Origin: Thermoanaerobaculia bacterium
GTDB lineage: Bacteria > Acidobacteriota > Thermoanaerobaculia > UBA5066
NCBI GenBank assembly: GCA_963719225.1
Contig: CAVRAY010000001.1
Span: 3,776,001-3,840,000, forward strand
DNA length: 64,000 nucleotides
Direction: 5' to 3'
Numbering within the stretch: position 1 is the stretch's first letter; each line of letters starts with the position of its first letter. Made by a program: the position numbers and the translations under genes. The notes under the pieces were generated by a model, which worked only from the letters and a program-made list of their open reading frames with translations, was not told where the DNA came from and did no database searches. This document shows, in pieces, positions 27,863 to 37,387 of this stretch.

Positions 27863-28849
27863 ATGGCGGACATCCCCTCCTCCGCCCCCGGCTCCGCCGC
27901 GGGCGAGCTCCCGCCGGCCTTGCCCCTCGCGCGGGCCGACCTCCACCTTCACACGAACGCTTCCGTCTTCAAGTATTTCCGGGCGGCGAACACGCGCGAC
28001 TCGTACAACGACCCCGACGAGACCTACCGCCTCTCGAAGAGTCGCGGGATGGACTTCGTGACGTTCACGGACCACGACACCGTGGACGGCTGCCTCAAGT
28101 TCCAGGACCGTCATCCGGACTACGCGGATTTCTTCGTCTCGGCGGAGATCGAGACGTTCTTCCCCCGGACGGGCCACCGCATTCACGTGAACGTCTTCGA
28201 TCTCTCGCTCAGCCAGTGGAAGGTCGTCGATCGAAAGCGGCGAAACATCTTCGACCTCGTGGAGTACCTGAGGAGCGAGGGACTGCTCTACTCCGCGAAC
28301 CATCTCTTCCAGTCGTACCGCATGCGGCAGGCCCCCGAGGACTTCTTCACCACCATGCTCGAGCTCTTCGACGTCTTCGAGGTGAAGAACGGCTCGATGG
28401 CCTACCAGCACAACGCGCTCGTCGAGGATCTCCTCACCGCGGCGAAGGAGAAGCGGGGCTCGCTCGCGCTCGTCGGCGGATCCGACGCTCACACGTACCC
28501 GCCCGTCGCCTCCGTCTTCACGATGGCGCCGGGGGCGACGTGGCGGGAGTTCCTTTCCTCGGTCCGCGCCGGCGAGTGCCTTTCCTGGGGAGTCGAGATG
28601 GGCTTCACGAAAGTCCTCGGCGACGTCTACGAGCTCCTCGGCAAGTACTACCGTACGGTCGTCGACTTCAAGAACCCCGCTTACACGCCGACCGAGAAGG
28701 CGCGCCACTTCCTCCTCGCCCTCGCCTCGGTGCCGTTCAACGTGGCGGGCGCCCCGATCGCCGTCTACTCGCTCAACTACGCCAAGCAGATCGCGCTCTC
28801 GAGGAGGCTCAAGGCGCGCTTCGAAAGGAAGGGGCGGCCGGGGAGCTGA
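27863..28849 (+). CDS. PHP-domain (metal-dependent phosphoesterase) protein
   Basis: DLHLHT, TDHD and GGSDAH motifs. Confidence 0.85.
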   Translation: MADIPSSAPGSAAGELPPALPLARADLHLHTNASVFKYFRAANTRDSYNDPDETYRLSKSRGMDFVTFTDHDTVDGCLKFQDRHPDYADFFVSAEIETFFPRTGHRIHVNVFDLSLSQWKVVDRKRRNIFDLVEYLRSEGLLYSANHLFQSYRMRQAPEDFFTTMLELFDVFEVKNGSMAYQHNALVEDLLTAAKEKRGSLALVGGSDAHTYPPVASVFTMAPGATWREFLSSVRAGECLSWGVEMGFTKVLGDVYELLGKYYRTVVDFKNPAYTPTEKARHFLLALASVPFNVAGAPIAVYSLNYAKQIALSRRLKARFERKGRPGS

Positions 28850-28861
28850 GAGAGGAAGTCC

Positions 28862-29446
28862 CTAGAGAAAAAGGTCTTCGGGGCGCAGCGCGAGAGCCTC
28901 GAACGGCGGTGCCATGAAGCCCTCGCCTGCCTTCGAGCGCGGACCGGTCGTCATGCGCCCTTTGATGTTGAGAAATGCCTCGACGGTCCGGCGCTCCGGA
29001 TCGACGAGCCAGAGCCAGCCCACCCCCATCAGGCCGTAGGCGTCCTTTTTCGGGCCACGGTCGAAGCTCTCGGTCGAGGGCGAGAGAATCTCGGCGACCC
29101 AGTCCGGTACGAGCGTGACGGGATTCTCGTTCGCGTCCGGCCATCCGCTCGCGCTCTTCCTCCAGCCGGCAAGATCGGGGATGACGCGTGAGAACGCGAT
29201 CTCGGAGCGCACCTCGGGCTCGACGGCGAAGAGCCAGTCGGGTGCTGAAATCCCTTCTGTCCGCGTACCGAACGTCTGATCGAGCAGCTTCGCGAGCTTC
29301 ACCTGCGCCGCGCCGTGCGCCAGCTTCGGCCGCGGGGATATGAGGTAGATCCCGTGCGCGATCTCGGCCTGAGCCCCTTCGGGCTGCGCCTCGACGATCG
29401 CCTCGAGCGCATGGAAATCGGCGATCAGGTCCGGGGTGGCCGACAT
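28862..29446 (-). CDS. Uma2-family PD-(D/E)XK endonuclease
   Basis: IPDLAGW, PDWVAEILSPST and KKDAY...GVGWLWLVDP motifs. Confidence 0.9.
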   Translation of the reverse strand: MSATPDLIADFHALEAIVEAQPEGAQAEIAHGIYLISPRPKLAHGAAQVKLAKLLDQTFGTRTEGISAPDWLFAVEPEVRSEIAFSRVIPDLAGWRKSASGWPDANENPVTLVPDWVAEILSPSTESFDRGPKKDAYGLMGVGWLWLVDPERRTVEAFLNIKGRMTTGPRSKAGEGFMAPPFEALALRPEDLFL

Positions 29447-29499
29447 CTTGAAAGTCTACGCCAGGCTCCTGAACGGTCGGCCTGGAACGTGCCGCGAGG

Positions 29500-30753
29500 C
29501 TATGCCCCGTCCTTCTTCGCGTACTTCGTCTCGACGTAGTCGTCGACGAGCTTCCGAAACGCCTCCGACAGCTCTTCGTGCGTGCCCTTGAGCGTCGTGA
29601 ACTTCTGGCCGTCGATGTAGACGGGGCAGCTCGGCGCCTCACCCGTGCCAGGGAGCGAAATGCCGATGTTCGCGGCCTTCGACTCGCCCGGGCCGTTCAC
29701 GATGCAGCCCATGACCGCGAGCGTCATCGTCTCGACGCCTTCGTAACGGGTTTTCCAGGCGGGCATCTGCTCGCGAACGTAACTCTGGATCCTCTCAGCC
29801 AGCTCCTGAAATCCCGTGGACGTCGTGCGGCCGCAGCCGGGACAGGCCGTGACGGACGGCGCGAAGCTGCGAAGGCCGAGCGACTGGAGGAGCTCGCACG
29901 CGGCGTAGACCTCCTCTCGCCGGTCGCCGCCCGGGCGCGGCGTGAGCGAGACGCGGATCGTGTCGCCGATTCCCTCGTTCAGGAGGACGCCCATCGCAGC
30001 CGACGACCACACGAGGCCTTTCGTCCCCATACCCGCTTCCGTGAGGCCGAGGTGCAGCGGCTGGTCGGTCCTCGCCGCGAGGTCGCGGTAGACGGCGATG
30101 AGGTCGTTCGGCCGCGAGACCTTGCACGAGATGATGATCTGGTCCTTCTTCATGCCCGTCTCGAGCGCGAGCTCGGTGGACTCGAGAGCCGAGAGGACCA
30201 TGCATTCGTTGACGATCTCCTCGGACGAGCGGCCGAGATCCCGGTCCGTGTTCTCCTGCATCTTCCGCATGACGAGCTCCTGGTTCAGGGAGCCCCCGTT
30301 CACGCCGATGCGCACGGGCCGCCCGAGGTCGCGCGCCACGGAGCAGATCGTCGCGAACTGCTCGTCGCGCCTTTTCCCCGTGCCCACGTTCCCCGGGTTT
30401 ATCCGGTACTTGTCGAGCGCTTTCGCCATCTCCGGGTATTTCACGAGGAGGGTGTGTCCGTTGTAATGGAAGTCCCCGATGAGGGGCACGTCGCAGCCCG
30501 CATCGAGGAGCCGCTTCCTGATCTCGGGCACGGCCCGCGCGGCTTCGTCGACGTTGACCGTGACGCGCACGAGCTCGGAGCCCGCGTCCGCGAGCTCCAG
30601 CGCCTGCTGGACGGTCGCGTCGACGTCGGCCGTGTCCGTGTTCGACATGGACTGGACGACGATGGGCGCGCCACCCCCGACCAGCACCTTCCCCACCCGC
30701 ACGCCGACGGTCGCATGGCGGGAGCGGATCGGGCGGATCGCTCCAGAGGCCAT
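29500..30753 (-). CDS. ispG: HMBPP synthase IspG
   Basis: [25 protein letters not shown] and [10 protein letters not shown] motifs. Confidence 0.97.
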   Translation of the reverse strand: MASGAIRPIRSRHATVGVRVGKVLVGGGAPIVVQSMSNTDTADVDATVQQALELADAGSELVRVTVNVDEAARAVPEIRKRLLDAGCDVPLIGDFHYNGHTLLVKYPEMAKALDKYRINPGNVGTGKRRDEQFATICSVARDLGRPVRIGVNGGSLNQELVMRKMQENTDRDLGRSSEEIVNECMVLSALESTELALETGMKKDQIIISCKVSRPNDLIAVYRDLAARTDQPLHLGLTEAGMGTKGLVWSSAAMGVLLNEGIGDTIRVSLTPRPGGDRREEVYAACELLQSLGLRSFAPSVTACPGCGRTTSTGFQELAERIQSYVREQMPAWKTRYEGVETMTLAVMGCIVNGPGESKAANIGISLPGTGEAPSCPVYIDGQKFTTLKGTHEELSEAFRKLVDDYVETKYAKKDGA

Positions 30754-32090
30754 CAGAAGCTGACGTTCTTCAGGACGTCGAAGTAGAGGACGGTCACCAT
30801 GACGAGGACGAGGAAGACGAAGCCGGCCTGCAGGAGCCGCTCCTTCACCTTGAGCGAGAAGTCCCGCCGCGCGACGGCCTCCAGGAGCGTGACGAAGATC
30901 TGGCCGCCGTCGAGGAGCGGGATCGGCAGGAGATTCAGGATCCCGAGCTGGAGCGACAGGATGCCCATGAGGAGGACGAGCGCGGACGGGCCCGCGCGCG
31001 CCGCCTCGCCGGAGAATTTCGCGATGTCGATCGGACCCGAGAATTGACGCATGGAGCCGGTGCCGCGGAAGAGCCGGCCGACGATCTGACCCGTGACCTG
31101 GACCTGCCGGACGTTCTCGCGCCAGGAGGCCGCGAACGCCTCGCCGAGCGAAAACCGGCGGAGAACCGTCTCCTCCTTCGGCGTAAAGCCGATGCGCCAG
31201 TTCTCGCCTTCCTTCACGGGCACCACGTTCAGCGTCTTCGTCACGCCGTTCCGCGACACGACCATCTCGATGGGCTTCGGGCCGTCCTTGTCGAACGCGG
31301 ACGCCGCCTCCCGGATGAAGCGCACGACCTCGAAATAGAGGACGACAGGCTTGCCGCCGACGGAGACGATGCGGTCGCCGACCTGGAGGCCCGCTTTCGC
31401 GCCGGGGTACCCGGGCACGACCCGGGCGACGATGGCCGGAATGTCGGGATTCAGACCGGTGTAGCCGATGTCGTATTTCGAGCGCGGCTCGGGCGTGAGA
31501 AGAAGGGTGACCGGCCTGCCGTTACGCTCGACGACGACCGTGAGCTCTTCGCGCGGGGCGAGGCCGGTCTCGAGCTCGACCTCTTCCCACGAGTTCACCG
31601 GCTTGCCCGAGATCGTCGCGATGCGGTCGCCCTCCCGGATGCCCGCCTTCTCGGCCGGGCTCCCGTGGTCGACGACCTTCACGACGGGGGATTCGCTCTT
31701 GTATTTCGCGACCTCGACGCCGATGAGGAACGCGAGAGCCGTCAGGAGGAACGCGAGGACGAGGTTCACGCCGGGGCCGGCGAAGAGGATGAGGAGGCGC
31801 TGGAGGCGCGTGCCCGGCTGCGTCACGGCCGCTTCGGCCGTGCCCTGCACGACGTCGCTCTCGTCCGGGCCGAGCCCGACGACCTTCACGTAGCCGCCGA
31901 GCGGGATGAGCGAGACCCGGTAATCGGTCTCCTTCTTCTTCCAGCCGAAGAGCCTCTTTCCGAATCCGAGGGAGAAGATCTCGACCGGAAACTTGAAGAG
32001 CTTCGCGACGAGGAAATGTCCCCCCTCGTGGAACACGATCAGGAACGAGAGCACGAAGATCAAGGCGAGGATGTTGGTCGGAATGGTCAT
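30753..32090 (-). CDS. rseP: Intramembrane metalloprotease RseP
   Basis: HEGGH, PLGGYV, two PDZ domains and [11 protein letters not shown]. Confidence 0.95.
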   Translation of the reverse strand: MTIPTNILALIFVLSFLIVFHEGGHFLVAKLFKFPVEIFSLGFGKRLFGWKKKETDYRVSLIPLGGYVKVVGLGPDESDVVQGTAEAAVTQPGTRLQRLLILFAGPGVNLVLAFLLTALAFLIGVEVAKYKSESPVVKVVDHGSPAEKAGIREGDRIATISGKPVNSWEEVELETGLAPREELTVVVERNGRPVTLLLTPEPRSKYDIGYTGLNPDIPAIVARVVPGYPGAKAGLQVGDRIVSVGGKPVVLYFEVVRFIREAASAFDKDGPKPIEMVVSRNGVTKTLNVVPVKEGENWRIGFTPKEETVLRRFSLGEAFAASWRENVRQVQVTGQIVGRLFRGTGSMRQFSGPIDIAKFSGEAARAGPSALVLLMGILSLQLGILNLLPIPLLDGGQIFVTLLEAVARRDFSLKVKERLLQAGFVFLVLVMVTVLYFDVLKNVSF

Positions 32091-32104
32091 GCGGCCTCGG
32101 GGTC

Positions 32105-33298
32105 TTAAGAGGGGTAAGCGCGGGCGGTTGCCGCACGCGGGCTGGTTTCGAGCAGGGGAAGAAGGGCGGCGGCCTCGCGCCGCGCCCACGCGTCGGCCTC
32201 GAGCGCATCCGCGACGGACGTGATGCGCGTGACGCGGTGTCGGCCCAGGATCCGGGCGACCATTTCGACGATCGCGGGATAGGGAATGCGCCTTTCGAGG
32301 AACGCCTGAACGGCGACCTCGTTCGCGGCGTTCAGCACCGCCGGAGCCGAGCCGCCCGTCTCCAGCGCGGCGGTCGCGAGCCCGACGGCCGGGTAGCGCG
32401 TCGGGTCGAGCGGGAAGAACTCGAGCTTGCCGAGCGCCAGGAGGTCCAGACCCTTGATCGGAGTCGGAACACGATCGGGATACGTGAGCGCGTAGAGGAT
32501 CGGAAAGCGCATGTCGTTCGGCGACATCTGCGCGACGACCGAACCGTCGACGAACTCGACCATCGAATGCACGATGGATTGCGGATGAATGACGACGTCG
32601 ATCTTCTTGCCCGGAACGCCGAAGAGCCAGCGGGCCTCGATGATTTCGAGCCCCTTGTTCATCATCGTGGCCGAGTCGATCGTGATCTTCGGGCCCATCC
32701 TCCAGGTCGGATGCTGGAGCGCGTCGTCCACGGTGATCGCGCCGAACGTGGCGAAGTCGCGGGTGCGGAACGGACCGCCCGACGCCGTCAGGACGAGCCG
32801 CTTCACTTCCCCCGAGGAGCCCGCGCGGAGCGCCTGGTGAAGCGCGCAGTGCTCGGAATCGACGGGGAGGATCATGGCGCCGGAGGCGCGCGCCGCCGCC
32901 ATGAGCGGCTCGCCCGCCACGACGAGGGTCTCCTTGTTCGCGAGCGCGAGCGTCTTGCCGAGCTTGGCAGCCTCGTACGCCGGGGCGAGGCCGATCGATC
33001 CCACGATGCCGCCGAGCACGACATCCGCCTCCGGAATGGTCGCGACGTCCACGAGGCCCTGCGGCCCGAAGCCCACGGAAATTCCGGGGAATTCCTGCCT
33101 CAGCCGCGCGGCATCCTCGCGCGTCGCCACCGAGACGACTTTCGGGCCGTGCGCGGCGATCGCCGGCAGGAGCTTCGCCAGGTTCGAGCCGGCGGACATC
33201 GACACGATCTCGAAGCGGTCGGGGAACTGACCGACGACGGACAGAGCCGAATCGCCGATCGAACCCGTCGCGCCGAGGAGGGCGATGCGCTTCCTCAT
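32105..33298 (-). CDS. dxr: 1-deoxy-D-xylulose-5-phosphate reductoisomerase
   Basis: LGATGSIG, LANKE, PVDSEH and NKGLE motifs. Confidence 0.97.
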   Translation of the reverse strand: MRKRIALLGATGSIGDSALSVVGQFPDRFEIVSMSAGSNLAKLLPAIAAHGPKVVSVATREDAARLRQEFPGISVGFGPQGLVDVATIPEADVVLGGIVGSIGLAPAYEAAKLGKTLALANKETLVVAGEPLMAAARASGAMILPVDSEHCALHQALRAGSSGEVKRLVLTASGGPFRTRDFATFGAITVDDALQHPTWRMGPKITIDSATMMNKGLEIIEARWLFGVPGKKIDVVIHPQSIVHSMVEFVDGSVVAQMSPNDMRFPILYALTYPDRVPTPIKGLDLLALGKLEFFPLDPTRYPAVGLATAALETGGSAPAVLNAANEVAVQAFLERRIPYPAIVEMVARILGRHRVTRITSVADALEADAWARREAAALLPLLETSPRAATARAYPS

Positions 33299-34101
33299 CG
33301 GGGCAGGGACTCCGGCAGGAACGTCAGGAGAAGGAGCACGGCCGGCGAGACGTAGAGAAGGGAATCGAGCCGGTCGAGGAGTCCCCCGTGGCCGGGCAGG
33401 ATCCCGCCCGAGTCCTTGACGGCGCAGCTTCTCTTGAACGTGGACTCGACGAGGTCCCCGATGACGGCGAGGCCCGCGATGAGGAAGCCCGCCGCCGCCC
33501 CGAAAACCGCGAAGCCGCCGTTCCCGAGGACGAGGGCGGCGGCGAGACCGAAGAGAGCGCCCCCCGCGAGCTGCCCGAAGAGGCCCTCGACCGTCTTCTT
33601 GGGGCTCACGACGGGCGCGAGCTTTCGTCGGCCCCATTTCCGTCCCACGTAGTACGCCGCCGAGTCGCTCGCCCAGACCGTCGCGAGGACGAAGAGCACC
33701 GGCTTCCAGCCGAGGGCCCTCAGTCCCACCATCGCGCCCGCCCCGAGCGCGACGTAGAGAGTCGCGAAGACGGACGAGGCGGACGACGCCAGCAGCGCCG
33801 CCTCGCGCGGTGACGCGAACATGACGAGCGTCGGCAGCGCGAGGAGCGCGACACCCGCGAGAACGACGAGCATGAGCAGCGACGCCAGGTAGGTCGCTGC
33901 GAGGAGAGCGAGGAAGAGCCCGACGCCCGCGGCCTTCGGCACGATCCACCCCGCGGCCTCGATGAGACGGTAGAACTCGAGGAGGGCGAGCGTCGCCGCC
34001 ACGGCAACGAGCAGCGCCCAGGCCCAGAGCGGAGCCGCCACGAGAACCGCGAGGACCGCGGGGATGAGGACCGCGGCCGTGATCTCCCGCTGAAATCTCA
34101 T
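33295..34101 (-). CDS. cdsA: Phosphatidate cytidylyltransferase
   Basis: SPKKTVEG and GDLVESTFKR...KDSG..PGHGGLLDRLD motifs. Confidence 0.95.
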   Translation of the reverse strand: MRFQREITAAVLIPAVLAVLVAAPLWAWALLVAVAATLALLEFYRLIEAAGWIVPKAAGVGLFLALLAATYLASLLMLVVLAGVALLALPTLVMFASPREAALLASSASSVFATLYVALGAGAMVGLRALGWKPVLFVLATVWASDSAAYYVGRKWGRRKLAPVVSPKKTVEGLFGQLAGGALFGLAAALVLGNGGFAVFGAAAGFLIAGLAVIGDLVESTFKRSCAVKDSGGILPGHGGLLDRLDSLLYVSPAVLLLLTFLPESLPR

Positions 34102-34931
34102 CGCGACGCGGCTGCTGGATGCGCCGCCGGCGCCGCGACCTCGCCCCGCCTTTCCTCCTTCTCGGAGACGCCGCCGTACCGGCGCTCGCGCTTCTGGAAC
34201 TCCGCGAGGGCCTCGAGGAAATGGCCGGCCCTGAAGTCGGGCCAGAGCACGGGCGTCACGTAGATCTCGGCGTAGGCGATCTGCCAGAGGAGGTAGTTCG
34301 AGATGCGCATCTCGCCGCTCGTCCGGATGAGGAGGTCCGGGTCGGGCAGCCCGGCCGTATAGAGCTCGGATTCGATCGCGGCCTCGTCGATGTCCTCGGG
34401 ACGCAGGAGGCCGGCCTTCACTTTCTTCGCGAGAGCGCGCATGGCGTCGGCGAGCTCGGCACGCCCCGAGTAGTTGAGGGCGATGTTGAAGATCATCCCC
34501 TTCCCGTGCGACGTCGCGGCGAGCGCGCGCTCGAGCTCGCGCTGGACGGAGGAGTCGAGGCCGTCCATGCGTCCCACGACGCGGAAGACGATGTCGTTGT
34601 CGAGGAGCGTCTTCAGCTCGCGCCTCAGGTACTCCTTGAGGAGCGCCATGAGCGTCGCGACCTCGAGATGGGGGCGCTTCCAGTTCTCCACGGAGAACGC
34701 GTAGAGCGTCAGGGCCGTGAGCTCCAGGCGCGCGGCCGTCTCGACGGTGGCCCGCACGGAGTCGATTCCCGCGCGATGGCCTTCGACCCGCGGGAGGCGG
34801 CGCTGCCCCGCCCACCGCCCGTTGCCGTCCATGATGACGGCCACGTGCCGCGGCAGACGGCCGAGGTCGAGAGCATCGAGAAGCGTCCGGTCGGGCGTGC
34901 CCGGCGCGGCAACGGTATCTTTGTCGATCAT
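34098..34931 (-). CDS. uppS: Isoprenyl transferase (undecaprenyl diphosphate synthase)
   Basis: HVAVIMDGNGRWA, FSVENWKRP and RTSGEMRISNYLLWQ motifs. Confidence 0.97.
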   Translation of the reverse strand: MIDKDTVAAPGTPDRTLLDALDLGRLPRHVAVIMDGNGRWAGQRRLPRVEGHRAGIDSVRATVETAARLELTALTLYAFSVENWKRPHLEVATLMALLKEYLRRELKTLLDNDIVFRVVGRMDGLDSSVQRELERALAATSHGKGMIFNIALNYSGRAELADAMRALAKKVKAGLLRPEDIDEAAIESELYTAGLPDPDLLIRTSGEMRISNYLLWQIAYAEIYVTPVLWPDFRAGHFLEALAEFQKRERRYGGVSEKEERRGEVAAPAAHPAAASR

Positions 34932-34968
34932 TGGCGTCGGGGCCGAAACACGCCCCCGAGCGTGCATT

Positions 34969-35763
34969 CTATCCCGATGAAACAGGCGCGCCCGCGGTGG
35001 CGGGGGACGTCCCGGGGAGCGTCTCCGGCGGATAGAGAACGCTCTCGAGCGTCAGGCCTCGCGCTTCGGCGGTCGGGCCCGGCTTCGAGAGCGCCTCCTC
35101 GGGACGAATGCGGCCCCGCCCGGCATCCCGGAGGGTTCCCACGAGCCGGCGCACCATGCCGCGCAGGAAGCCGTCCCCGGCAGCGGTGACGAGAAGAAGC
35201 GAGCCTTCCTCCTGAACGTCCAGGCGCGCGAGCGTCCGCACGGTCGTGCCCGGGTCGGACCCCGTCAGGGAGAAGGGCGCGAAGTCGCGCCGACCGACGA
35301 GCATTGCCGCGGCGGTGCGCATCGCCGCGACGTCGAGGGGCTCGGAGGCGAGAGCCTCGACGAGGCCGCGATGCGGATGTAGGAATTCGCCGCGCCTCAG
35401 GCGATACACGTAGACCTTGCCGATCGCGGAGCGCCGGGCGTGGAAGTCGGGAGCTGCTTCCGAGACGGAAAGGACTCGAGCGTCCCATGGGAGCTTTGAG
35501 TTCAGGGCACCGGGGATTTTCTTAGAAGGTATGAGGGGCGCTCCCTCGGGCACATCAATGTGGGCGACCTGGGCGTCTGCGTGCACGCCGGAATCCGTTC
35601 GCCCCGCTCCATGGACCCGAATCTCGCCTCCAAATATTCCTTTCAAAGAATCTTCCAGAACGCCCTGGACCGTGCGAACCGCGGCCCCGCCCGCGCGGGG
35701 CGCCTGCACCTGCCACCCTTCGAAGAACGTCCCCAGGTACGCCAGCTCGAGCTTCAGCCTCAC
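34969..35763 (-). CDS. truA: tRNA pseudouridine(38-40) synthase TruA
   Basis: GWQ, AGRTDSGVHA, FHAR and GFLRGMVR motifs; start estimated at GTG 35763. Confidence 0.93.
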   Translation of the reverse strand: MRLKLELAYLGTFFEGWQVQAPRAGGAAVRTVQGVLEDSLKGIFGGEIRVHGAGRTDSGVHADAQVAHIDVPEGAPLIPSKKIPGALNSKLPWDARVLSVSEAAPDFHARRSAIGKVYVYRLRRGEFLHPHRGLVEALASEPLDVAAMRTAAAMLVGRRDFAPFSLTGSDPGTTVRTLARLDVQEEGSLLLVTAAGDGFLRGMVRRLVGTLRDAGRGRIRPEEALSKPGPTAEARGLTLESVLYPPETLPGTSPATAGAPVSSG

Positions 35764-35818
35764 GGCGGCGATTATGGCCGCCCCCGACGCGGCCTCCGCG
35801 CTATCGTCGGTCTCCTCG

Positions 35819-36481
35819 ATGCCCTCCCCCGGCCCGACGCTGACCGTCACCGAGATCTTCCGCAGCCTTCAGGGAGAGTCCACGTTCGCGGGCCTTCCGT
35901 GCACGTTCGTGCGCCTGACCGGCTGCGGACTGCGCTGCGTCTGGTGCGACAGCGCCTACGCGTTCCACGGCGGAAAGCAGATGCGTCTGGACGAGATCCT
36001 CGCGGAGGTCGAGCGCCTCGGTGTTCGTCTCGTGGAGCTGACGGGGGGAGAGCCCCTGGAGCAGGACGGGTTCTATCCGCTCTCGACGACCCTCTGCGAT
36101 CTGGGCTACGCCGTCCTCGTCGAGACGGGTGGTCACCTCCCGCTCGCCCGCGTGGATCCGCGCGTCCTCAAGATCGTCGACGTGAAGTGCCCCGGCTCGG
36201 GCATGCAGTCGCGCAACGACTTCGGCAACCTGAATCTCCTCGGCCCGAGAGACGAGATCAAGTTCGTCGTCAATGACCGCGAAGATTTCGATTGGGCGAT
36301 CGCTTTCGTCGAAGCGCACCAGCTCGACGAGAGGCACACCGTTCTCATCTCGCCGGTCTTCGAGGGGGCGACGAGCGCGATCGCGCCCCAGGTCGCCGAA
36401 TGGGTGCGCGACTCGAAGAGGAAGCTACGGCTGAATCTGCAGGTCCACAAGCTGCTTTGGGGGGACGTACCTGGAAGATGA
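35819..36481 (+). CDS. queE: 7-carboxy-7-deazaguanine synthase QueE
   Basis: EIFRSLQGE, GCGLRCVWCD, TGGEP and QVHK motifs. Confidence 0.93.
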   Translation: MPSPGPTLTVTEIFRSLQGESTFAGLPCTFVRLTGCGLRCVWCDSAYAFHGGKQMRLDEILAEVERLGVRLVELTGGEPLEQDGFYPLSTTLCDLGYAVLVETGGHLPLARVDPRVLKIVDVKCPGSGMQSRNDFGNLNLLGPRDEIKFVVNDREDFDWAIAFVEAHQLDERHTVLISPVFEGATSAIAPQVAEWVRDSKRKLRLNLQVHKLLWGDVPGR

Positions 36482-36600
36482 AAAGGAAGACTAAGAAGGA
36501 GATTTCTTAGAATGGGTAAGAGGGCTGGCGCCTCGCGCGAAACATCGCGCCCCGGCGACGGCCGGCGGCATATTCACCTTCTAAGAAAGTCTTTTTCTTC
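36478..36600. repeat. Convergent inverted pair of TTCTTAGAA motifs at the queE-queC junction
   Basis: TTCTTAGAA at 36504-36512 and TTCTAAGAA at 36579-36587, with purine-rich left flank and pyrimidine-rich right flank. Confidence 0.75.
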
Positions 36601-37297
36601 AGCGCCGATTCCCCCAGCTCCTTCGCGTGGCGCTCGGACGGCCGTGTTGTTGCTCTCGGGCGGTCTCGATTCCGCCACGTGTCTCGCTCTCGTCTCCCGC
36701 TGGGGATGGACCGTCCACGCTCTTTCTTTCGATTACGGCCAGCGACACCGCGTCGAGCTCCGCGCGGCGCGCGCGCTCGCGCGGAAGTACCGGGTCGCCT
36801 CGCACCGCGTGATCGCGATTCCGTCTCTCGGCGCGCTCGGCGGATCCGCGCTGACCGACCGCTCGATTCGCGTTCCGAAGAGATCGCTGGGAAAGGCCCG
36901 CATCCCGATCACGTACGTCCCCGCGCGCAACATCCTTTTTCTGGCCTTCGCCCTCGGCGTCGCCGAGTCGACCGGCGCGACGGAGATCGTCATCGGCGCG
37001 AATGCCCTCGATTACTCCGGCTATCCCGACTGCCGCCCGGAATTTCTCAGGGCGTTCGAGCGAGTCGCGAAGCTCGGAACGAAGGCAGGCGACGAAGGCG
37101 GCAGCTTTGCGATCCGGGCGCCCCTTCTTCGCATGTCGAAGGCGGACATCGTCCGCCTCGCGCTCGCGCTCGGGCTCGACACGACCCTCACGACCTCCTG
37201 CTACGACCCCACGAAGGGCGGACGTCCATGCGGAAGCTGCGACTCGTGCCTGCTCCGAGCGAAGGGATTCGCAGAGGCAGGGGTTAAAGCATTTTAA
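36512..37297 (+). CDS. queC: 7-cyano-7-deazaguanine synthase QueC (start uncertain)
   Basis: LSGGLDS, YGQRH, TYVPARN, YPDCR and SCY...CGSCDSC motifs. Confidence 0.95.
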   Translation: MGKRAGASRETSRPGDGRRHIHLLRKSFSSAPIPPAPSRGARTAVLLLSGGLDSATCLALVSRWGWTVHALSFDYGQRHRVELRAARALARKYRVASHRVIAIPSLGALGGSALTDRSIRVPKRSLGKARIPITYVPARNILFLAFALGVAESTGATEIVIGANALDYSGYPDCRPEFLRAFERVAKLGTKAGDEGGSFAIRAPLLRMSKADIVRLALALGLDTTLTTSCYDPTKGGRPCGSCDSCLLRAKGFAEAGVKAF

Positions 37298-37351
37298 TCT
37301 AATAAATTATGATAACTATTAAAATCTATATATACGGTTATCAACTATTAC

Positions 37352-37380
37352 TTGACAAGACCTTAGGCAGATTCTATATT
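37352..37380 (+). promoter_or_regulatory. Sigma70 promoter of clpB
   Basis: TTGACA (37352-37357), 17-bp spacer, TATATT (37375-37380); AT-rich upstream tract. Confidence 0.85.
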
Positions 37381-37387
37381 TGGCTCG

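Noticed and set aside
28862-29446. Uma2 nuclease as a defence system
   Set aside because: Solitary member of a widespread multi-copy family, with no partner genes
16189-37297. queD/queE/queC as a 7-deazaguanine DNA modification (dpd) system
   Set aside because: No dpdA/tgtA5-like or other dpd genes here; ordinary queuosine precursor pathway in core context
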